Source: Octopus sinensis
Taxonomy: Eukaryota
Direction: 5' to 3'
NCBI RefSeq assembly: GCF_006345805.1
Contig: NC_043014.1
Span: forward strand, 124,001-188,000
DNA length: 64,000 nt
The stretch's first letter is position 1; the number at the start of each line of letters is the position of its first letter. Position numbers and translations under genes: made by a program. Positions 1 to 10,129 of the stretch are shown here, piece after piece. The notes beneath the pieces were generated by a model. That model was not told where the DNA came from. It worked only from the letters and a program-made list of their open reading frames with translations, and ran no database searches.

Positions 1-1732
1 ATTCCAAAAACCCAACATAGGTTACTAGTTAGTGACTTCAGAATTAGAGCTAGAAAGACTCAGAGAAATAAAGCAATCTGAAAAAGACGACTATGGAAGC
101 TCAAAGACCCAGCAAACAGACAAAAATTTTAAGATTTTCGAATGGAAGCTTCTAACGAAAGAGAGGAAGAGTTGCAGACATATAGCTTAGGGGACAATTG
201 GAAGTTCTTATGGGACAATCTACTGAAGGCTAGAGATGAAATCTGTGGTTGGTGCAGAGTTCCAGCTAGACCAAGGGTGACATGGTGGTGGAACAAGGAG
301 GTAGAGAGTGTTATAAAAGCAAAGAAACAGGCCTGGAAAGACTGGAAAATTGTGGAAGCAGAGAATTATATCAGGTAGCCCGAAGGGCAGCTAGGCGGCA
401 GGTTTACATAACAAAAAGTATAGCAGAAGGTAAGAGATTTGCAAATGTTCTATAGCATGAGGATCAGAACCATGTGGTGTTCAGGATTGCAAATCAGTGT
501 AACAGAGAGAAAGAGATGTAGTGGGTGAGAAATGTGTGTGAATGGATAATGATATGCTTGCACTTAGTGACTCTGAGAAGAAAGATGCATGGAAGTGTTA
601 CTATAAAAGGTTACTAAATGTGGAAAATGAATGGGAGAACAGTCTTTCAAATATCAGCTCGACCAAGTCATGACTGTTACTGAGAGGATTATAGCTCAAT
701 TGATTAGGAAAAGAATTAAACTAGATGAGATGCAGTTGGTTTTGTACCTGGGAAGAGTACCACAGATGCCATCTTCCTAGTGAGATAGCTGCAGGAAAAG
801 TACTTGGCCAAAAGTAAGCCATTGTAATTAGTCTTCATCAACCTGGAGAAAGCTTTCAACAGAGTTCCCTGCTCTGTTATCTGGTGGTCTCTAAGGAAAC
901 TTGGAGTATGCTCCATTGGATGTGCAACATCAGTGCACATGTACGACAGAGTGCAAATGTATTGAGAGAAAAGTTGGGCATAAGAAGAATCAAATGTAGC
1001 ATGCAAGAGAGAAGACTCTGTTGGTTTGGACATGTGATGCTACATAAAGAAGTGCCAGTCATTGAAAGTGGATGGTACTTGTGGAAGAGGGGGGCCCAGG
1101 AAGACATGGGAAGAAGTGGCAAGGACCGATCTCAGGACGTTGGGCTTCATGGAAGAAATGACAATGGACCAAGATGTCTGGCGATATGAGGTTCTTGAGA
1201 AGACCTGCCCACATCAGCGAAACTGAATTCTAGAAGCGCTGTGTGTTCCACTCACATGTAGCAAGAAAACTTTTCACACACCTACCCCAACAAACCAAAT
1301 TACATCTCCACATCTTTTCTCTTCCTCACATTTCCTCTTCATGCACTATACTTACCTCTCAATCCCTAATTCTGTCCTCACGGCCCTGTTTCTCTGTATC
1401 ATTGTTATCCAGTGGCCCCACCCCACTATATACCCAGGTTTTCACCACTCACTGCATTCTCCTTCCCCACTCTCTACTCATGCTTCTTTAGCAATGTCCT
1501 GCCACTTAAATTATGACCTTCAAACCTCAAGGGTATGTCCTGGCACTTGCCATCATCTATCTCTCTCTTCCCTTACTCAACCATCCCATTTATATTCTGA
1601 TCCCCATCCCTTATGAGTATGCCTAGCACTTTGCCACCATCCCTGTCCTGCTGTCTCCCACTCTCTCTCCTTCTGCTGGGTAACCATGTATCTCCTTTAC
1701 AGCTGTTCACCTGTTTCTGTTTTCATTCCTGA

Positions 1733-1811
<79 letters not shown>

Positions 1812-2010
1812 TTGTACCTCCTCTACAGAAAGAGAGACCTTTCATCGTCTGACACAATATCACCCCCTCCAATGCTCTCTCCCTTCACAAAAGATTTTTG
1901 TCTTACATGTAACTTGGTGACCCTGTCAGTGCAGGTGCCACTTAAAAAGCATCTATTCCACACTGTAAAGTGGTTGGTATTTGAAAAGGCATCCAGCTGT
2001 CAAAACCCGA
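1..2010 (+). mobile_element. RTE-clade LINE remnant: degenerate ORF2 (about 1-1200) plus long pyrimidine-rich 3' UTR
   Basis: Frame-shifted peptides WWWNKEVESVIKAKKQAWKDWK and WMCNISAHVRQSANVLREKLGIRRIKCSMQERRLCWFGHV match the RTE C-terminus at 38505-39089. The UTR ends in the AAGGCATCCAGCTGT motif, and UTR 1610-1940 recurs inverted at 27360-27660. Confidence 0.8.
1737..1808. repeat. (CT)n microsatellite
   Basis: Direct reading. Confidence 0.95.
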
Positions 2011-2019
2011 CCAAAAAGT

Positions 2020-2240
2020 ACCTGGGGGCTGCACCAGACTCCAGTCTGATTTGGCATGGTTTCTATGGCTGGATGCCCTTCCTAACACCAACCACTCCAA
2101 GAATATAATAGGTGCTTTTACATGCCACTGGCACAGGTGCCAGTTGCATGACAACAGTCTCTGCCACAACTTCTACTTCACTTGGCTTGATGAGTCTTCT
2201 CAAGCATAACATATTGCCAAAGATCACAATCACTAGTCAT
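2020..2240 (-). mobile_element. RTE 3' UTR fragment, convergent with the preceding RTE
   Basis: GGCTGGATGCCCTTCCTAACACCAACCAC and TTTTACATGCCACTGGCAC match the minus-strand RTE UTRs at 33020 and 37896. Confidence 0.8.
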
Positions 2241-2620
2241 TGCCTCCATGAGCCCTAAAGTTCAAAGATCATGTTACATTTTTTAAGATGAACTTAATAA
2301 TAAAAGCAAGTTATTTTATTGGAATTAAATACTTTTTTTTACCATATTACTGTTGAAATTACTGTTTTTGTTTCTATTAATTTTGAAAGTAACAAAAATT
2401 TAGTAAAGTAATTTTATCATTATTAACCTGGTGTTTGAACATAAATTAGCATAAAATTTTGATGAAAGATAATAATTAGGATCACTTTAAAATGGGGTAG
2501 TCTCAAGTGAGTTAGTATCAGAAGAGCTAAAATAAATTCTGAAATTTCATTTATTTGCAATTAGATTTCAGTTTTTTTTTCTGTTCAATTTTTCTAATCT
2601 TGCATCAGATTAAAAAAATA

Positions 2621-3498
2621 TTCTGTCAAGTCCAAAGTGTGGGTATATTTTGGTAACATATTTGCTTTATTCATGAAGTTACAACAAATGGAGCCTAGTA
2701 TTCAAAGTAGAGGCCATCGTGTCGCACCGTCTGAAGCCACCTTTCTGCCAGTTCCTTGAGCCATACCAATACCAGTTCTTATCCTTTGAGGTGAAGAACT
2801 CTTTCACTGAAGCTTCACTTCCTCTTAGTTGAGGAAGTGTCACGGGCACAGGAATTGAGCCCTAGATCAGAACAAGTAATAATCCAAGGGAGCTAGGTCC
2901 AGACTATAGGAGGCTGGGTGCAGCATCAGCTTGATTCCCTCAACTTGCTGGAGTTTAGTCTGTGTCATTCAAACAGTGTGAGGTCTTGCATTGTCCTCTT
3001 GCAGGAGACTCACTTTCTGTTAAGCAATGCCAGGTATTGTTGCTGCACAGTGGCATTCATCTGCTCCAGTGTTTCACGGACACGTTGGCATCAATTGTTC
3101 AACCATTTGGAATGAACTCATTGTGAATTGTTCTTTCATAATTCCAGTATCACAAACAAGTTTGGCAACAGGTTCTGGAAGCTGGCCCTTGCTTAACTAC
3201 TACTTATTGTGGAAAAATATCTCCTTTGGGATTATTATTTGTTCTAATCCATGGCTCACTTTCTGCTATTGCAATGTTTCATCAACCAAGAGGAGGTGAC
3301 AGCTTCGGTGAAGGAGTTCTTCCCTTCAAAGGACCAGAAATGGTATCAGCATGGGATCAAAGAACTAACAGAAAGGTGGCTTCAGATGGTGCAACACAAT
3401 GGCCTCTTCTTTGAATGTTTGGTGGCTGCTTTTGTTGTAACCTGACAATTAAAGTAAATAAATCACCAAAATATTGTAAAACTTTTGACTCAGCACAA
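2621..3498. mobile_element. Mariner-derived non-autonomous fold-back element with long inverted arms
   Basis: Minus strand LQEDNARPHT and DLAPLDYYLF; plus strand DYYLF*SMAHF...QEEVTASVKEFFPSKDQKWYQHGIKELTERWLQMVQHNGLFFE. 2621-2890 is an inverted copy of about 3220-3498, with TA on both flanks. Confidence 0.8.
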
Positions 3499-6194
3499 TA
3501 TTTCTTTGCACTAAATTTAAATTTCAAACTAGGAAAGGTAACCTCACCCCGCCCCAACCAAAAATCTGAAATAATTTCTTAAGTTGAAATACTTCTCTTA
3601 TCTGTTTAAAACTGAACTTGTTACCTCATAGAATACAGGATGTTAATTACATTTACACTGCAATATAACAGAGTTAACGATGAAACCATGTTACAACTAT
3701 TTCTATTATGTTCTTTGATGTATTATTTGGCAGATAATTAGGGCTAGTAATTACTAATGATCTGTACTGATTGGAGCAGAATGAGTTTACAATGAACCAG
3801 TGTAGGTGTACATGTATACATTTGTGTGTGTATGGATACACAAATACACATACATACAACTGTATAGAAACATACAGATATACACACAGAAACATACACA
3901 TATAAACAAAGAATAGAAAGCATTTAGAAATAGTGGAATATCAACTGTTGATTTGGTTGTCTTATCTGAGAATTTTGAAAATTTTGGTGAAAATTAAACT
4001 GAGAAAGAAGAAAACTGGACATAAAAGGCATTAATTGATTTGGAAGCGGAGGAGAGAGAGGGGATAATGTTTTGGATTTGTAGTGTGTGTGTGTACAGCA
4101 GTGATGGGGATCAGCATCAGATTTGGAAGGGAGGAGAATCATCAATATCACCTGATGAAAGGTCTAATGCATTTACTCTTGCACTTGCTCTAGTCAGTTT
4201 CATCATCTTAAGAGACCAACGTAGAAGATTACAGTTGTGTTATTGTAGTCATGATAGACATAGACAGATATGGTCCTAGAAACACACAACCTCTTAGCTT
4301 AGCTAACCATTTCTGAAATAACTGAGTGAGAGCCTTATACTAAAATAAGACAAAATAACTGAAGTTGTTATCGTTTTTGGTCCTTATATGTGTGTGTGTG
4401 TGTGTGTGTTTTTAGAAAAACTTCCAATTTTTATATGCTACACCTCCACCACCATTATGAGTCCGGTTTGCTTGCAGTTGAATGTCATTCAAACTGTGAA
4501 GGACAATCTTTCTGTTTTCCATCAACAAACTGGAACTGTTTCTGTAATCATATTTTGCTGCAGCTGCTCAAACATGATCAGAATGGCCACCAGGTTCAGT
4601 GAATACTGTCATCAAATGGTGGGCAGCAGTTGCTCCGCTTCCAATTTCAACAGTTATGGCTTGAAAAATTCCATTTCCCTTCATACAGCTTGACAATTTC
4701 TAACTGTACCTTTGACAACCAATCTTAGGATGATATAATTAAAGTTATTAATTATTTTGTCTTAATCAGTGTTTACTATTGAATATTAAAATTTAAATAC
4801 TTTTCTCTAAAATATTCTTATGAACACTGTCAATAATTACATTATACTAATTAAAATTTTTCTGTTCAAGCACCATTTGAAATAATTCTCTTTTTATTTT
4901 TATATAGTCTGAATTATAATTAAATAAGCTAAAATAATCAAGGTTTAATCATCAATACAGTTTTATCTTTTGATGAAGTGTTATGATCTCTGTATGTATC
5001 ACATGTATATTTAACTTGATATTATCACTTGTTCAGTCATTTCATACAACAGTCTTCAGTGAAAATATTTCCTATACTTAAACACTAATACACACAAGCA
5101 TACACACATACACATGTATGCCAATTTGGTTTATAAATTTGCAATTGCTCATTGATATAATTAATATTGTTGTCAGAATAAATCCCAATCAACAGCCAGT
5201 AATTTACCAGCTTCATAGAATAAGTCAGGTGCCAAGTCAGTAAAGGAAACTCTCAGATTCCCCTGAAGACTTATCTCACTATTCCACTATTCCTCACAAC
5301 ATAGAAATTCTTCTACCTTCCCCAGATTTGAAAGCTTCAAGTTCTTCACTATATTTCTTATCTCATAATTTTATATGCCTTTGCTAGTTTTTATTTTAAA
5401 AATCTATTAGATTTTTAAAATTTATTAGATTTTTATGCTTTGTAATGTATATCTTCCTTCGTCACTTCAAAGATATTTTGTGGTTAATCTGGTAGCTGAA
5501 GGCTTGCAGCAATAAATGGAACAGATCTCTTTTTTAGTTGGAATTATCTGTTAAGAGATATTTATTTATTTACTTACATGACTGATTTATGACAAGAATC
5601 TGACGAAAGGATAACAGTAGTTTACCATTTTAAGCCTAAAGTTGCTAATTTTAAGTTAGCAATCATCATGTTGTCTACTTGACTACAACAGATTTAATTC
5701 TTATGACTAGATCATTGTTAAGAGAGAAAACTCCAGAAGCCATTGAAATCTTAGGAAATTAAAAGCAAATCTCATTTGACAGAGTCTCTTTTATTTTTAG
5801 TGTTTTTCTCCTGTTTGTTTCAAAATGGTTGCAATGGTTCTAGAGCATCTGGGGAGTTGCATAGTATTAGAAAAATTGTTTTTGTTTTTATATAACTGGA
5901 TGCCACTTCCCACTCAGCTGTGAAGTAAAAGCGATCTTTGTTGTCAGCCAAACAAATTGATGTAAGTCAGAAATATGTACCTTACCCTAGAGGGATAATA
6001 CGATGTTTGCAATACAATTTGATCTCATGACTATGTGGTTAGATGTCCAATGCCTCCCAATAATTGTGTCCTTTGTACAATTAATTTTGTTAATTATTAA
6101 CAACTCACTTGTGAAGTAGAAGTGAAATTTTCTATCAGCCAAACTGACTTGCGTGTTTAGTTATATACCTGGCCCTCCAACTACATTATAATGG

Positions 6195-7700
6195 TTGCAA
6201 TAAGGTTTGGTATGCCTGACTCGACTAGGTCTTAGCCTGAGTTTGGCACTAAAGATCATGGCAAAGGTCCTCAAGGTGGTTTTGGGCAAAGAGGCCAAAG
6301 TGGAGAAGGCTGCCAGCTCATATATTGACGATATACTGGTATATGAGAAAGTAGCATTGGTAAAGGAAATTGTGGACTATCTTAGTGGGTTTGGACTGAC
6401 AACAAAACTGCCAGAGGCTATAGAAGGAGGTACAGTGCTGGGGCTCCAGCTCGCAAGAGACAAAGTGGGTAGGCTTGTGTTTCACAGAGGAAATGAGATC
6501 CCAGACCTACATTGGAATATGAATAGGCGAGAGCTGTTCTCTATGTGTAGGAAGTTGATGGGTCACTACTCTGTCACAGGATGGCTCTGAACAGCATGTA
6601 GCTATGTCAAAAGGTGAGCGGAAGGAGTGAACTGGGGTGATAAAGTGAGAGAGAAGACAATGGTGATGATGCAAAAGGTCTGAGAGAGAGTGCAAGTGGA
6701 AGATCCAGTGAAGGGCAGCTGGAACATGCCTGATACAAAGACAGAGATGTGTGACACAAGCAGCATAGTATTGGGAGTCATGCTGGAAATAAGTGTCAAG
6801 GTGGAAGATGCAGTGTGGTTTAGGAAGAAGGACAACTACAATCACATCAGTGTAGCCGAACTGGATGCCATGTTGAAGGGTATCAACCTAGCATTGAGTT
6901 GGAATCTGCAAACCACTGAGATCTGGACTGATTCTGCCTCAGTGCAAGAGTGGGTGAAATCAGTGATCACCAACCTGCAGAGGATTCACAAAGATTAAGC
7001 ATCCCTTGGGAATCCTGAGGGAGCTAGCTGCTGAGTTTGACCTGGAATTGCATGTGGTGTTCATTCCCTCAGAAAAGAATAAAATAGACGTTCTAACCAG
7101 AGTGAAAAGGTATTGGTTGGAAACAGTAGAGGATGTTCCGAGTGGGGTAGCAGTGGTTTGTCAGCTGGAGGAAAGGTGGTCTGTAGACGGGCTATTGATG
7201 GACAATAGTGCAGTTTTTCACTCAGAGCAGCTGAGAGAGATGCTTGAAAGGTGGAGCACAAGATGCTTCTTCAGAGCTGCATACAGGCCAGGTGGAAATA
7301 GGATTATGGAATGGCACCACAATATGATTAAAGTCATGGCTGAGAGGGAACGAATCTCCCCTATGGAGGTAGTCTTCTGGTACAATATGTCACCCAGGTT
7401 AGGGCAAGCTGAAGAGACAGTCCCACACAGGGCCATATTCCAGTACAAATGGAGACACCTGAGCATGGTGCCACAGCAGCTAGCGGTGGAAGTGATTACA
7501 TCTGTGCAGGCTGGAGACAAAGTGTAGTTGAAGCCTCCAAACACTCAGTGCACAACACAGTGGGAAAAGGCAAGGTGACCATAATTGGTACTCCGAATAA
7601 TGTATCAGTGGATGGAATGCCATGTCACATTTTGGATATTCAAAAGGTGATTATCTCTTCTGATGATGAAGGGGAGGGGAAAACAGCCCTGTGACCCTGC
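6195..7700 (+). mobile_element. Ty3/Gypsy LTR-retrotransposon pol remnant (RT, RNase H, partial integrase)
   Basis: CLTRLG...SSYIDDIL (RT); CDTSS...AELDAMLKGINLAL...WTDS (RNase H); MDNSAVFHSE...RAAYRPGGNRIMEWHH (integrase); many stops and deletions. Confidence 0.85.
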
Positions 7701-7764
7701 GGAGATCTCAAAGGGAACATTGCTCCACCCTCCCAGTTGTGGATGGGTGATTATGAAACAAAAC

Positions 7765-7970
7765 GGGGGGGGGGGGGCAGTGATCTTTAGATCAAGGGTT
7801 AGTGAGAGGGAGAGACGGCAAAGGAAGACTGGAAAGGTAGGGAGATGACATCATATTGGTGAGTGAAACGAAAAGTTTCCCTCTTTTTCATGCTGTCAGC
7901 AGTAGCGGCTAGATGTGGAGGTCAAGGTAAGAATGACTTTACTTTTATGCCTTTAAACCACAATAACTCA
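7765..7970 (+). mobile_element. Putative polypurine tract and 3' LTR of the Gypsy remnant
   Basis: G-run 7765-7777 just after the pol remnant, followed by TG at 7781 and a possible CA end at about 7970; no second LTR available to confirm. Confidence 0.4.
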
Positions 7971-8264
7971 GCCTAGTGTATCTGACACCAAAAGACTGGG
8001 AAAAGGAATCAACTTTCAGATTAATTCAATGTTTTGATTGCTGTTGTTTTTTATGAGTCCATTTCAAACTATAATGTTCTATTTTTGTTAATTGATCTAA
8101 TTTGATCTGTTCATCAATAGTTGTCAATACAAGCTGTTCATACAATTTGGAATATGTCAGTTGTAGTCAGACAGCATGGAAATTGGTCATCAATGGACAA
8201 ATACATGTGATCAAATCTAACAGAAAGGAATGTAATTAATCATCAACTGAACTTCTATATGTAT

Positions 8265-8480
8265 TCTTTTTTACACTAGGCACAAGGCCCAAAATTTTGG
8301 GGGAAGGGGCCTGTCAGTTAAATCAACCTCAGTACACAACTGGTACTTAATTTATTGACCCTGAAAGGATGAAAAGCAAAGTCAACCTCAACAGAATTTG
8401 AACTCAGAATATAAAGACAGGCAAAATATTGCTAAGCATTTTGCCCGGCATGCTAATGTTTCTGCCAGCTTGCCGCCTTC
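8265..8480 (-). mobile_element. SINE with Nin/Deu-like central domain
   Basis: Reverse complement contains GACTTTGCTTTTCATCCTTTCAGGGTCAATAAATTAAGTACCAG, shared with 15676, 18532, 22840 and 55210. Confidence 0.8.
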
Positions 8481-8824
8481 TTCTGCTATATTTATTATCA
8501 GTTAACATGGCAAAATTTAAACTTAGAACTATAAAATACTAACCTAGATATTAGATATGCACCTTCTAGTCATTAACATCTCCATCTATGTAATATAAGA
8601 AAGGATGTCTCTTTTATGAAATATTGCTATAATTATAAGAGAAAAATACTGACTGATTCATTGTGAAATAAATCTAAATTTTGGTTTTCCTTTTCTTATG
8701 GAACTTCTTTATTTGAATAACTTCACAAATATCTTGTTGCTCTTCTACAAGGAATAATTATTGTGTTTCAAGTAATATCATTTGTTAGTCTACCTGTGTA
8801 TAAATGATATATATACGACAGTAC

Positions 8825-9281
8825 TGCCTGATTGGCACTCATGCCAGTGAAAAGTTAATGGCACCATCCGAGCATGATCATTGCCAGGGCCGCTGATTGG
8901 CTCCCATGCCGATGGCACGTAAAAAGCACCATTCAAGCATGATCATTGCCAGCATCGCCTTACTGGCACATGTGCCAGTTGCACGTGAGAAACAACATCC
9001 GAGCGTAGTTGTTGCCAGTGCTGCCGGACTGGCTCCCATGCAGATAGCATGTAACAAACACCTTATGAGCGTGGTCGTTCTGGCTCCCATGCCGATAGCA
9101 CATAAAAGCATCCACTACACTTTCAGAGTGGTGGGCGTTAGGAAGGGCATCTAGCTGTAGAAACTTTGCCAGATCAGATTGGAACCTGATGCAGCCTTCT
9201 GGCTTACCAGTCCTCAGTCAAACCGTCAAACCCATGCCAGCATGGAAAGCAAATGTTAAACAACAACGATGATGATGATGA

Positions 9282-9285
<4 letters not shown>
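8825..9285 (+). mobile_element. RTE 3' UTR (5'-truncated) with internal sub-repeats and (GAT)n tail
   Basis: Repeats of ATGCCGATGGCACGTAAAAAGCACC, the TTAGGAAGGGCATC motif and a GATGATGATGAT tail. Confidence 0.85.
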
Positions 9286-9327
<42 letters not shown>

Positions 9328-9330
<3 letters not shown>

Positions 9331-9629
9331 CGTGACCGACCAGGCTATCAGATGGTGTTACACATCGCTGGTCACAATGTGCTTCGCATTGTTTTAGCCT
9401 TCAAATGACGCCACCCCGCTGGCTAAGCGAGCAGGCCAACAGTTGAAAGAGTGAGAGAAAGTTGTGGCGAAAGAGTACTGCAGGTGATTGCCACCACCAC
9501 CCTGCTGGAGCCTCGTGGAGCTTTAGGTGTTTTCGCTCAATAAACACTCACAACGCCCGGTCTGGGAATCAAAACCGCGATCCTACGAACGCGAGTCCAC
9601 TGCGCTAACCACTGGGCCATTGCGCCTCC
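9328..9629 (-). mobile_element. tRNA-derived SINE (family 2)
   Basis: Minus strand starts GGAGGCGCAATGGCCCAGTGG (A box) ... GGTTTTGATTCCC (B-box-like); partial second copy at about 27165-27300. Confidence 0.85.
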
Positions 9630-9631
9630 AC

Positions 9632-9709
<78 letters not shown>

Positions 9710-9712
9710 ATA
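9630..9712. repeat. (TA)n microsatellite between two divergent SINE heads
   Basis: Direct reading. Confidence 0.95.
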
Positions 9713-10125
9713 GGCGCAGGAGTGGCTGTGTGGTAAGTAGCTTGTTTACCAACCACATGGTTCCGGGTTCAGTCCCACTGCGTGGCACCTTGGGCAAGTG
9801 TCTTCTACTATAGTCTCGGGCCGACCAAAGCCTTGTGAGTGGATTTGGTAGACGGAAACTGAAAGAAGCCCGTCGTATATATGTATATATATATATGCGT
9901 GTGTGTGTTTGTGTCTGTGTTTGTCCTCCTAGCATTGCTTGACAACCGATGCTGGTGTGTTTATGTCCCTGTTACTTAGCGGTTCGGCAAAAGAGACCGA
10001 TAGAATAAGTACTGGGCTTACAAAAGAATAAGTCCTGGGGTCGAGTTGCTCGATTAAAGGCGGTGCTCCAGCATGGCCGCAGTCAAATGACTGAAACAAG
10101 TAAAAGAATGAATAAAAGAATATAT
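9713..10125 (+). mobile_element. tRNA-derived SINE (family 1), full length
   Basis: GGCGCAGGAGTGGCTGTGTGG (A box), GGTTCAGTCCC (B box), CCTTGGGCAAG core, internal (TA)/(TG) tract; near-identical copies at 32588-32990 and 41255-41655. Confidence 0.9.
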
Positions 10126-10129
10126 AACT

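Noticed and set aside
4388-4700. Cys-rich plus-strand peptide (ECHSNCEG...) and minus-strand open stretch (AAAAKYDYRN...)
   Set aside because: No consistent splice sites or recognisable domain, and stops in each frame
5930-6140. Several consensus GTAAGT/GTGAGT/GTAAGG donor sites on both strands
   Set aside because: Upstream frames are mostly closed or very short; expected by chance in AT-rich DNA
8825-9130. Regularly spaced sub-repeats resembling a CRISPR array (also 24780-24960, 33190-33360, 38060-38230)
   Set aside because: They are internal repeats of the RTE 3' UTR; spacers are mutually similar, the context is eukaryotic, and there are no cas genes
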